DNA of 64,000 bases, taken from the NCBI GenBank assembly GCA_963762745.1, contig CAVXMB010000002.1, positions 291,043-355,042 on the forward strand. Direction: 5' to 3'. Positions 26,176 through 34,309 of the stretch are shown here, one piece after another. Source of the stretch: an uncultured Actinomycetota bacterium. Lineage in GTDB: Bacteria; Actinomycetota; UBA4738; HRBIN12. The notes below the pieces were generated by a model. The model was given only the letters and a program-made list of their open reading frames with translations, searched no databases and was not told where the DNA came from. Made by a program: the position numbers and the translations under genes. The first letter of the stretch is position 1, and each line of letters opens with the position of its first letter.

Positions 26176-28306
26176 GCGCTGGGAGCGCGAGCTGCGGAAG
26201 CTCCGCGGGGTCGACGTGGACGAGCCCGCGGTTCGGGAACGCGTCCAGCGTGGTCCGACCCCGGACCGACCGTCTTTCCGTCGCGACCGTCTGGTCGCCG
26301 GGATCGTTGCGTTCGCCGTGTTCGGGGCAGCCGGCGCGTTCGCATGGCAGGCTCTGTCGCCGTCGGGGATACAGGAGCCCGTCTTCGGTCCCGGGTCCTG
26401 GCCCGTCGCCACGGTCTCTCTCGGATCCGGGCCCGAAGGGAAGTCCGCGACGCTCAGCGTGGAAGGGTCGACCCAGTCCGGAGTGTTCGGCGCCGCGACG
26501 TCCCCCGACGAGCGATACCCCTACTCGTGGGTCAATCCGACGCTTCCCACGCTCGCGCAACCCCTCCGGATGCCGATGGGGAGCGAGCTCGAGCTCCAGG
26601 GTGACGTGACGATCAAGGAGCTCCTCTTCGGCGACGCGCAGCAGCTCGACGAGGGAGCGGGTCCCGACTCCGGCCCGATCTGGGCCGACCAACCAGATTT
26701 CTCCGAGCCCTACTTCCTCCCGTGGAACGAGGTATCCGAGCGCACGTACCTCAAGTTCTTCGGGACATGGGCGGACGGATCCGTCCTCGACGTGTACTTC
26801 GAGATCGTCTTCGTCGCACCCGACGCCGATCTGTCGGATACGAGGGCCGACATCGTTGTGACGCCCGACCCGATGGGCGCCGTCTTCGTATACGGCGGAC
26901 AACGGTCGCCGATGGGGATCACGGGCGGCACGTACGGCAACATGTCGGTCGTCGGCGAACCCGCCGGGTACGAGAAGCGGTCGATCGTTGCGAGGGTTCC
27001 GGCCGGAACGCCACTCAGGGTCAGCGGCGATCGCCTGGTCGACGCGTCGGTCCGGGCCGGGAACCTCCCCTTCGGCGAGGGTGGCCGTCCGCTCGCCGGC
27101 GCCGTTCCCGCCGAACCCGGGCGGTACGTCCTGACGCTGGAGGTCACCTGGGACGGGGGCAGCGCGACGTTCCTGCACCAGATCGAGGTCGTGGCCGCGA
27201 GCGCGCCACCGGAACCCTCCCTGTCCCCCGCTGCCGTCGGAGAGGGTGCGGTGGTCGTCGACATCCTGCGGTCGTCGGAAGAGACGGGTGACCCCGAGGC
27301 GACCGCGCGGCTCGGGGATCAAGAGGTCTGGATGTGCCCGGATGGCTGGATCGTGGTGAATCCAGACGGGACCCAAGAGAACAGGATCTTCGATTGCGGA
27401 CAGACCGAGGTGTTCCAGGCGCCGGTGGGGACACCGATCGAGGTCACCGGTGACTTCGAGACCGTGAACGTGACGACTCGGATGGAAGGGGACCGAGTGC
27501 CGGGCTCGTCCGACGTGGTGCCGTCGCTCGAGGCAGGGTCGATCCTCACCCTGAGCTACGAGGTGACGTGGACCGACGGCTCCGAGGCGAGCTTCTGGCT
27601 GCAACTCACCGTGCAGGGCGGCGACGGCGCCACGCTCGACCCCGAGGAGATCGTCGTTCGGATCGAAGGCCTCGGCCGGAGCGAGGCCACGCGGCGATGG
27701 CCGGTGATGACGGTGTCCTTCAGGGGAGAGACGTACCGCGGATGCACAGAGGGTTTCGAGTGGACTACCGCCGACGGCTCCCGGATCGACGAGGTGGCCG
27801 GCCGTTCTGGGAGCGTCCTCCCGCAGTGCTCGTACGACCCCTTGTTCGTGGTGCCACCGCGCACGCCGATCGTCGTGCTGGCCGAGAGTGGCACCGAGGT
27901 GTTCGTCACGCGGACGACGACGCCTCTGTACACGGGGGTCGACGGCGTCGGTGTCAGCGTGAGTTGGCCGGACGGCGACGCGGACTTCCTCGCGTACTTC
28001 GATGTCAGATACGACGACCCTGTGCCGAGGAACATCCTGCTCGACTGCCCACCCTCGGACCGCGTGCAGTTCACGACTCCAGACGGCCCTCGCATCCTGC
28101 CCGGAGGGTCCGCCTACATCACAGGGAACCTCCCTGGGTTCATCCGGGGCGATGTCGTCGAGCAGATGACCCGAGAAGCCGACTCCGGCCCGGGCGGATG
28201 GGAGGGCATCTGGCAGGTGACCAGGGACAGCGCAGTGATCGCGACCGTTGACTTCGGGGATCTGAGCGGCCTCGCGTGTCGCGGATCCGGGATCGGCGGC
28301 GTCTGA
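26168..28306 (+). CDS. Single-pass membrane protein (putative cognate anti-sigma or sensor) with four ~130-aa extracytoplasmic repeat modules
   Basis: ATG 26168 overlaps the sigma stop (ATGCCTGA). TM helix LVAGIVAFAVFGAAGAFAW. Recurring W-x-DG-[SD]-x-[AD]-x-F motif with Trp codons at 26768, 27149, 27569 and 27965. Confidence 0.7.
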   Translation: MPERWERELRKLRGVDVDEPAVRERVQRGPTPDRPSFRRDRLVAGIVAFAVFGAAGAFAWQALSPSGIQEPVFGPGSWPVATVSLGSGPEGKSATLSVEGSTQSGVFGAATSPDERYPYSWVNPTLPTLAQPLRMPMGSELELQGDVTIKELLFGDAQQLDEGAGPDSGPIWADQPDFSEPYFLPWNEVSERTYLKFFGTWADGSVLDVYFEIVFVAPDADLSDTRADIVVTPDPMGAVFVYGGQRSPMGITGGTYGNMSVVGEPAGYEKRSIVARVPAGTPLRVSGDRLVDASVRAGNLPFGEGGRPLAGAVPAEPGRYVLTLEVTWDGGSATFLHQIEVVAASAPPEPSLSPAAVGEGAVVVDILRSSEETGDPEATARLGDQEVWMCPDGWIVVNPDGTQENRIFDCGQTEVFQAPVGTPIEVTGDFETVNVTTRMEGDRVPGSSDVVPSLEAGSILTLSYEVTWTDGSEASFWLQLTVQGGDGATLDPEEIVVRIEGLGRSEATRRWPVMTVSFRGETYRGCTEGFEWTTADGSRIDEVAGRSGSVLPQCSYDPLFVVPPRTPIVVLAESGTEVFVTRTTTPLYTGVDGVGVSVSWPDGDADFLAYFDVRYDDPVPRNILLDCPPSDRVQFTTPDGPRILPGGSAYITGNLPGFIRGDVVEQMTREADSGPGGWEGIWQVTRDSAVIATVDFGDLSGLACRGSGIGGV

Positions 28307-28310
28307 AGTC

Positions 28311-29285
28311 TCAGACCGCGAAGCGGACGTGCAGGATGTCGCCTTCCTGCACGAGATAGTCCTTGCCCTCGACGCGCAACTTGCCGGAGGCCTTCGCCGC
28401 CTCCATCGATCCTGCCGCGACCAGCTCGTCGTAGGGGATCACCTCGGCGCGGATGAACCCACGCTGTAGGTCCGTATGGATGGCTCCCGCGGCCTCCGGC
28501 GCGGTCGCGCCCCGGCGCACCTCCCAGGCCCGGGTCTCGTCGTCGCCGGTGGTCAGGAACGTGATGAGGTCCAACGCGCCGTAGCCCGCCGCGATCACCC
28601 GTTCGAGGCCCGGTTCGCTCACCCCGAACTCTTCGAGGAGCGCTCGTGCTTCCTCCGGGTCCATCTCGGCGGTCTCCGCTTCGATCGACGCGTAGACGCC
28701 GACCGCCTCATCGAGCTCGGCGGGGAGCTCCTCGCCTTCTTCCAGGTTCGCGATCACGACCTCGGGCTTCAGCGTCAGCGGAGCGATCGCCCTGAGGTGC
28801 CCGAGCTCTTCGTCGGAGAGTCTCCCCTCACGGAGCGGCCGCTCGGCGTCGAGGGCATCCTTCGCTCGCTGCAGGGCCTCCACCTCCGGACCGGGCTTGC
28901 CCTTGGCGCGCTTCACCGCTTTCTCCACGGCGCTCTCTACCACGGCGAGGTCGGCGAGGAGCAGCTCGCTCCGGACGTCGGTGAGCTCCTCCGCTGGTCG
29001 TCGATCGGCGCCGAAGCACCGCACCACGACCGCCAGCGCGTCCGCCTCGCGCAGCTTGGCGAGACCCTGCGCACTGGACACCCCTCCCGGGACGTCGACG
29101 AAGCGAACCTGGGCGGGCACGGTCTTCTTCGAACGCTCCATCTCGGTGAGGACCGCAAGGCGTGGGTCGGGCACGGGCACGACCGCGACGTTGGCCTGTC
29201 CGCCGTGCGACCCGGCCCGGGTGAGGGCGGTGAACAGGGTCGACTTCCCCGAAAAGGGCACGCCGACCAGACCGATGTCGCGCAT
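28311..29285 (-). CDS. ychF: Redox-regulated ATPase YchF
   Basis: GLVGVPFSGKSTLFTALT P-loop and the C-terminal TGS-like GKDYLVQEGDILHVRFAV. Confidence 0.9.
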   Translation of the reverse strand: MRDIGLVGVPFSGKSTLFTALTRAGSHGGQANVAVVPVPDPRLAVLTEMERSKKTVPAQVRFVDVPGGVSSAQGLAKLREADALAVVVRCFGADRRPAEELTDVRSELLLADLAVVESAVEKAVKRAKGKPGPEVEALQRAKDALDAERPLREGRLSDEELGHLRAIAPLTLKPEVVIANLEEGEELPAELDEAVGVYASIEAETAEMDPEEARALLEEFGVSEPGLERVIAAGYGALDLITFLTTGDDETRAWEVRRGATAPEAAGAIHTDLQRGFIRAEVIPYDELVAAGSMEAAKASGKLRVEGKDYLVQEGDILHVRFAV

Positions 29286-29560
29286 AAGTCGGCCAACGTA
29301 TCAGCCGGAAGTCGGAGAACTTTCGACCTTCGACCACTATCCCGCAGTGGCATCACTGTCCGATGCTTGCGAACGAGACCGGTGGGTGCCGGGGTGCCGC
29401 CAGACCCGCCCCGGTACCGCCGGTTTCTTTCGCCTCGTCGAGGGGGGCGGAGGAACGGAGGATCTGATCGTGCACCTTCATCGGTGCGCGACGCCGACGG
29501 GCGGGTGTTTCCGACGGCCCCGCCCGTCGGCCTCTCTCCTACGGTGGGGTGGGTGAAAGT

Positions 29561-29594
29561 GAGGGGCCGGGCCGCGTCAGCGGCCCGGCCCCTC
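29561..29594 (-). terminator. Perfect 15-bp GC stem-loop downstream of sodN
   Basis: GAGGGGCCGGGCCGC-gtca-GCGGCCCGGCCCCTC, 27 nt after the sodN stop. No clear U-tract. Confidence 0.5.
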
Positions 29595-29620
29595 ATTCAT
29601 CGTTCGGGCTGTCTTCGGCG

Positions 29621-30016
29621 CTACGCCGACTTCGTCTCCCAGAAGATCTTCGAGAGCTCGTCGACCGCGTCCAGCAGCTTCTGCCCCTGGGCGGGGTCTT
29701 CGGACCGCTTCGCGTTGCCCGCTTCCTTCGTCGCGTTCCAGAAGAGCTCGTGGAGCTGCGGGTACGTCTCGAGGTGCTCGGGCTTGAAGTAGTCGGTCCA
29801 CAGCACCCAGAGGTGCTCCTTGACGAGGTTCGCGCGCTGCTCCTTGATGGAGATCGCCCGGTCCTTGAAGATCGCGTCGTCGGACCCCTGGTACTTCTCC
29901 TGACAGGCCTTGACCGACTCGGCTTCGATGCGCGCCTGGGCCGGATCGTAGATGCCGCACGGAAGGTCACAGTGCGCGTGGACGGTCCGCAGCGGTTTGA
30001 GGAATGCTTCGAACAT
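29621..30016 (-). CDS. sodN: Nickel-containing superoxide dismutase precursor
   Basis: Leader MFEAFLKPLRTVHA followed by the Ni-hook HCDLPCGIYDP. Strong SD GGAGGAGG 7 nt upstream. Confidence 0.95.
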   Translation of the reverse strand: MFEAFLKPLRTVHAHCDLPCGIYDPAQARIEAESVKACQEKYQGSDDAIFKDRAISIKEQRANLVKEHLWVLWTDYFKPEHLETYPQLHELFWNATKEAGNAKRSEDPAQGQKLLDAVDELSKIFWETKSA

Positions 30017-30473
30017 GGATCCGCCTCCTCCGACGTGGGGTGAAAGGGAACCCTACCACCGGCCCCGCAGACCGCTTGCGGCGCTGAGTGCCCTCGCAAC
30101 GGTCTCTGCGATCGCGGTCGCGCTGATCCGCTGGCGACCGACCCGGATCGAGGTCCAGGGAGCCAGCATGGTGCCGACGCTGATGCCCGGCGACTGGGCG
30201 TTGGCGGTGACGGGACGGCGAACCCGGAGGGGCCACGTGGTCGTGGTCGAGCATCCGGGGAGACCGGGTTACGAGATGGTGAAGCGGGTCAGGGCCGTGC
30301 CGGGCCAGCAGGTCGGGGAGCGGGTCCTCGACAACGACGAGTTCTGGATCGAAGGCGACCGCGAAGACGCCTCCACCGACAGCCGGCACTTCGGCCCGGT
30401 CAGGCGGGAACATCTCAAGGCGCGGGTGCTCCTCATCTACTGGCCGAAGGAGCGTCGCCGGCGGCTGCGCTGA
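30015..30473 (+). CDS. sodX: Ni-SOD maturation protease SodX (S26 signal-peptidase family)
   Basis: GASMVPTLMPGD (Ser), KRVRAVPG (Lys), an N-terminal TM helix, and adjacency to sodN. ATG 30015 is the only canonical in-frame start upstream of the catalytic Ser. Confidence 0.8.
   Translation: MDPPPPTWGEREPYHRPRRPLAALSALATVSAIAVALIRWRPTRIEVQGASMVPTLMPGDWALAVTGRRTRRGHVVVVEHPGRPGYEMVKRVRAVPGQQVGERVLDNDEFWIEGDREDASTDSRHFGPVRREHLKARVLLIYWPKERRRRLR
30050..30055 (-). promoter_or_regulatory. Candidate sodN -10 element (TAGGGT), located inside the sodX coding sequence
   Basis: The minus strand reads TAGGGT 33 nt upstream of the sodN ATG. No convincing -35. Confidence 0.25.
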
Positions 30474-30565
30474 CCCCAGGAGGTCCTCTCCAAGGGGATC
30501 GCTTCCTCTAGGGAGTCGCCCGATGCGCCGATGGCTCTTCACAGAAGCCGACCTAGGATTGGACG

Positions 30566-31357
30566 ATGGAGCACCTTCCCCCGCCGCCGGTTCCGTTCCG
30601 GCCGGATCTCGTCACCGACGAGTTCCCTCCACGCCGCAGGTTCCCCGTCTGGGTTGTCGCGGTCTGCCTGGTCCTCGCGATCAGCCTCGGTGCGCTCGCC
30701 GTGGCGCCGCTGTTCGAGGGAGCAGGTGCGACGGAAGGTCCGGGTTTCCAATTCCTCGACCGGACCGACCAGGGTCTCCCGACCCGATGGAACCCGTGTG
30801 CGCCGATCCACTACGTGGTGAACCCTTCGCTCGCGCCCCCCGGCTCGATGGCCGACGTCCACGAGGCGGTCGGACGCGTCTCGGGCGCCACGGGGATCGT
30901 CTTCGAGTACGACGGTCCGACCGACGAGGAGCCCAGCATCTACCGCGACATATTCCAACCCGATCGATACGGCGACCGGTGGGCCCCCGTCCTGATCGCG
31001 TGGGCGGATCCGGACGACTCGGACATCCCATTCGAGCGTGACGACCGCATCGCTGCCGGCGTCGCCGTGCCGGTCATCCCGACCACGCGACTCGAGGACA
31101 TCTACGTGAGCGGCTGGGTCGCGCTCAACGCGGACGATCCCAACCCGCCGGGCTTCGGGCTCGCCGGGGAACAGGGCCCCGTGATCCTCCACGAGCTCGG
31201 CCATCTCATGGGCCTCGGACACGTGGAGACGGTCGGCGAGCTCATGCATCCCTCCGGCGGGGGCGTCGTCGACTTCGGGCCCGGCGACCTTGAAGGGCTG
31301 GAGCAGCTCGGCGCGTCCGGTGGCTGCCTCGAGGTCATGGAGCCGATCGACGCCTGA
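30566..31357 (+). CDS. Membrane-anchored matrixin-like zinc metalloprotease
   Basis: HELGHLMGLGH (HExxHxxGxxH) and an N-terminal TM helix VWVVAVCLVLAISLGALAVA. Confidence 0.8.
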   Translation: MEHLPPPPVPFRPDLVTDEFPPRRRFPVWVVAVCLVLAISLGALAVAPLFEGAGATEGPGFQFLDRTDQGLPTRWNPCAPIHYVVNPSLAPPGSMADVHEAVGRVSGATGIVFEYDGPTDEEPSIYRDIFQPDRYGDRWAPVLIAWADPDDSDIPFERDDRIAAGVAVPVIPTTRLEDIYVSGWVALNADDPNPPGFGLAGEQGPVILHELGHLMGLGHVETVGELMHPSGGGVVDFGPGDLEGLEQLGASGGCLEVMEPIDA

Positions 31358-31396
31358 AGGTGGAATCGGCAGACGACTTGCAGCGCAACTTCGACC

Positions 31397-31425
31397 TTGT
31401 CGGGAATCGACCACTGCGCTAGGGT
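31397..31425 (+). promoter_or_regulatory. Candidate promoter: TTGTCG, 17-bp spacer, TAGGGT, upstream of tusA-dsrE
   Basis: TTGTCG 31397-31402, 17-nt spacer, TAGGGT 31420-31425. The palindrome TTGCAccTGCAA lies just downstream. Confidence 0.3.
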
Positions 31426-31584
31426 CGTTGCACCTGCAAATGGTCTGCACACGCGAAGCCGGCACCGTGGGGGCGATGATCCCCGACCGCATCTGCTGTC
31501 CCGCCTGACGGGGGACGGCAGCCAGCCGCCGCGCACCACTCGCACCGACCGTTCGCTCCCAACGCAGAAGCCAGGAGGTTCCTC

Positions 31585-31815
31585 GTGGACACCATCACCG
31601 CCACCGTCGATGCCAAGGGCCAATCCTGCCCCGGGCCGCTCGTCTCGCTCGCCAAGGCCCTGAAGGATGCGCGCAGCGGCGAGCTGTTCGAGCTCCTCGC
31701 GACCGACCCCGGGTCGAAGAGTGACGTCCCCAGCTGGGCCGAGCTCAGCGGCAACGAGCTGCTCGAGACCGGCGAGGCCGACGGGGTCTATCGCTACCTC
31801 ATCAGGAAGAGCTGA
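31585..31815 (+). CDS. TusA/SirA-family sulfurtransferase
   Basis: DAKGQSCPGPLV (CPxP motif), 76 aa, GTG start with a CCAGGAGG SD. Confidence 0.85.
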   Translation: MDTITATVDAKGQSCPGPLVSLAKALKDARSGELFELLATDPGSKSDVPSWAELSGNELLETGEADGVYRYLIRKS

Positions 31816-31820
31816 TCCCG

Positions 31821-32396
31821 ATGGCGACGACAGAGACCGATCTCTCCGCCGAGCTCCAGCTCGCCGACCTGCTCCAGCGTGTCGAGGCGCTCGAGCAGGC
31901 GGACGGCAAGCGCATCGAGAAGAAGAACAAGCTGACGATCATCGCCTGGGGCGGCGACCTCGACCGGATCTGGCCGACGACGATCCTCGCGACGACCGCG
32001 GCCGCTTCCGGGATGGAGTCGACCGTCTTCTTCACGTTCTGGGGGCTCTTCGCCATCGTGAAGCCGGACGTGCGCGTCACGGGCTCCAACTGGATGCAGA
32101 AGATGATGTCGGTGATGAACCCCGGCTCCGCACAGAAGGCGAAGCTCAGCCGGTATCAGTTCGCCGGCGCCGGTCCCGCGATGTTCAAGAAGCTGGCGAA
32201 CGACCACCAGGTGGCCAAGCCGGATGAGCTGATCGAGACCGCGAAGGACCTCGGCGTCCGGCTGATCCCGTGCCAGATGACCATGGACCTGCTCGGCCTG
32301 AAGCGGGAGGACCTGCTGGACGGGCTCGAGGAGCCGATCGGTGCAGCGACCGCGATCGCCGAGATGCGCGACGCGGCCGTGAGTCTCTTCATCTAG
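31821..32396 (+). CDS. DsrE/DsrF-like sulfur-relay family protein
   Basis: DsrE2-like architecture (about 190 aa, hydrophobic FFTFWGLFAIV, conserved Cys in LIPCQMTMD), immediately after tusA. Confidence 0.7.
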   Translation: MATTETDLSAELQLADLLQRVEALEQADGKRIEKKNKLTIIAWGGDLDRIWPTTILATTAAASGMESTVFFTFWGLFAIVKPDVRVTGSNWMQKMMSVMNPGSAQKAKLSRYQFAGAGPAMFKKLANDHQVAKPDELIETAKDLGVRLIPCQMTMDLLGLKREDLLDGLEEPIGAATAIAEMRDAAVSLFI

Positions 32397-32460
32397 GGCG
32401 GCCCGTCAAGGCGCCGCTGATCGGCTGAAAGGCCGTCGTGGGCACAGTTGGCGCGCCTCG

Positions 32461-32466
32461 TAGTCT
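32461..32466 (+). promoter_or_regulatory. -10 element (TAGTCT) placed for a leaderless MFS transcript
   Basis: TAGTCT, then 6 nt, then ATG 32473. No SD. Confidence 0.3.
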
Positions 32467-32472
32467 GGATGC

Positions 32473-33738
32473 ATGTCCCGGCTGGCCGACGAGATGCGGA
32501 AGACGTTCGCCTCGATGCACATCTCGAGGAACTTCCGACTGTTCTTCGTCGGGCAGCTGATCTCGGTCACCGGCACATGGGTGAACTGGACCGCCGGTGC
32601 CGTTCTCGTGCTGGAGCTCACGGACAGCGGGATCGCGCTCGGGATCGAGGCTGCGCTGTTGTTCCTGCCGGTCCTGCTCTTCGGGGTCTACGCGGGATCG
32701 CTCGCCGATCGGTTCGACAAGCGCCGCATCCTCGTCTGGTCGAACGCGGGCTACGCGGTGCTCGCCGCGGTGCAGTTCGCGCTCGTCGCCACCGACGTCA
32801 TCGAGATCTGGATGGTGTTCGTGATCGCATTCCTGACGGGCTTGATCCTCGCGATCGAGCCTCCGACGCGCCAGTCGTTCTACGTCGAGCTCGTCGGCGA
32901 ACAGCACATCACGAACGCGATCAGCCTGAACAGCGCCGTTTTCACCGGCACGCGCGTGCTGGGGGGTGCGATCGCCGGGACGATGATCCATAACTTCGGC
33001 CTCTGGTCGCCGTTCCTGCTGGACACGGTTTCCTACGTCGGGGTGCTCGCTGCCCTCATGGCGATGCGGATCGACGAGCTCCACGTGCAACGCAAGGCCG
33101 AGCGCGAGCCGGGCCTCGTCCGGGCCGGCCTGCGCTACGTGTGGAGCTCCCAGGCGCTCCGCGTGCCGCTGGTCGTGATGTTGCTCGTATACCTGTTCAC
33201 CTTCAACTTCAGCGTGGTGATCCCGCTGCACGCCTATCGGACCTACGGTGGCTCGGCGCAGGAGGTCGGCTGGCTCTACGCCGCGCTCGGGCTCGGCGCG
33301 TTCCTCGGCGCGATCGCGATGGCCAACCGGCAGACCGAGCCGACGCTTCGGCGATTGGCGGGGTTCTCGGCTGCGTTCGGCGTGTTCCTCGCCGTCGCCG
33401 GGTGGGCGCCGACGTTCATGCTGGCGGTGATCTCCATGGTGCCGGTCGGCTACGCGTCGATGCTGTTCGCGATCACGGCGAACTCCACGCTGCAGCGCTT
33501 CACCCGCGCCGACATGCGAGGGCGGGTGATGGCGCTCTACACGACGATCTTCCTCGGGAGCACGGCGATCGGTGGGCCGATCACCGGCTGGGTCGCCGAG
33601 ACGTGGGACGCGCCCGCCACCCTCGTTGCGAGCGGTGCGGTCGCCGTCGCGGCGGGATTGATCGCGCTGCGGGCGCGCGGGGCCGCGACGGCGACCGCGG
33701 AGGTCGCTACGGCAGATACTGCTGCTCGATCCGCGTGA
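32473..33738 (+). CDS. MFS transporter (EntS/MFS_3-like)
   Basis: 12 predicted TM helices. N-terminal NFRLFFVGQLISVTGTWV. Confidence 0.85.
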   Translation: MSRLADEMRKTFASMHISRNFRLFFVGQLISVTGTWVNWTAGAVLVLELTDSGIALGIEAALLFLPVLLFGVYAGSLADRFDKRRILVWSNAGYAVLAAVQFALVATDVIEIWMVFVIAFLTGLILAIEPPTRQSFYVELVGEQHITNAISLNSAVFTGTRVLGGAIAGTMIHNFGLWSPFLLDTVSYVGVLAALMAMRIDELHVQRKAEREPGLVRAGLRYVWSSQALRVPLVVMLLVYLFTFNFSVVIPLHAYRTYGGSAQEVGWLYAALGLGAFLGAIAMANRQTEPTLRRLAGFSAAFGVFLAVAGWAPTFMLAVISMVPVGYASMLFAITANSTLQRFTRADMRGRVMALYTTIFLGSTAIGGPITGWVAETWDAPATLVASGAVAVAAGLIALRARGAATATAEVATADTAARSA

Positions 33739-34309
33739 TCTCGCCGCCCTCGACCGTGAACCACCAGGGGGCGTTCGTCCCCGCGTAGTCCGTGGGGTTG
33801 GCCTCGAGGACGGCTTCGACCCACGCGTCGATGTCCCCCGGTTGCAGCTCGCAACACTGGGCAGACGGGATGTACTCGACCTCCACGTCGTCGGCCACCA
33901 GGAGGACCCGCAGACGCGGATTGTCGTTCACGATGTAGTAACCGCTGACGACCTCGTCGCCGCGCTCGGCCGCCTCCCGTTCCGCTCGCTCCCCTCGGTA
34001 GAAGTAGGCGAGATCGAACCGGACCCTCGTCTTCCCGTTCTCCAGCCGCGACGCGGTCTCTACGTACACGAAGTGGCGGCCGTCCGGGAGGCTCGGGGAC
34101 GGTGACTTCGAAGGTTCGGGGGTCTCGGTCGGTTCGGGAGTCTCGCTCGGCTCCGCGGTCCGGGTAGGCGTTCCGCCCGACGTCGGACTCGTCGTCTGCG
34201 CCCGCTCGTCGTCGTCGGAGAGCGCGATCAGCGCGCCGGCGACGATCGAGAGGAACGCCAGCGCGAGGGCACCGGCGATGATCGCGCTCCTCTTGGTCCG
34301 CTCGTTCAC
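33707..34309 (-). CDS. Membrane-anchored protein with a Pro/Thr/Glu linker, function unknown
   Basis: Only the last 200 codons of ORF 33707..35593 look coding (TM AIIAGALALAFLSIVAGALIAL, PT-rich linker, globular C-terminus). GTG 34309 lies in a GTGA overlap with the upstream MFS stop. Confidence 0.55.
   Translation of the reverse strand: MNERTKRSAIIAGALALAFLSIVAGALIALSDDDERAQTTSPTSGGTPTRTAEPSETPEPTETPEPSKSPSPSLPDGRHFVYVETASRLENGKTRVRFDLAYFYRGERAEREAAERGDEVVSGYYIVNDNPRLRVLLVADDVEVEYIPSAQCCELQPGDIDAWVEAVLEANPTDYAGTNAPWWFTVEGGEITRIEQQYLP

Noticed and set aside
29286-29560. The 335-bp ychF-sodN intergenic region, including the hairpin CCGACGGGCGGG...CCCGCCCGTCGG at 29494-29530, considered as a possible sRNA or riboswitch.
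   Set aside because: I recognised no conserved RNA motif, and the hairpins are generic GC stems. Only the perfect terminator-like stem at 29561-29594 was reported.
30076-30100. Inverted repeat TTGCG-N16-CGCAA upstream of sodN considered as a Nur (nickel Fur-family) box.
   Set aside because: It does not fit the Nur-box consensus as I recall it (a short-spacer TTGCAA-type palindrome). The arms are only 5 bp long and the spacing is long.
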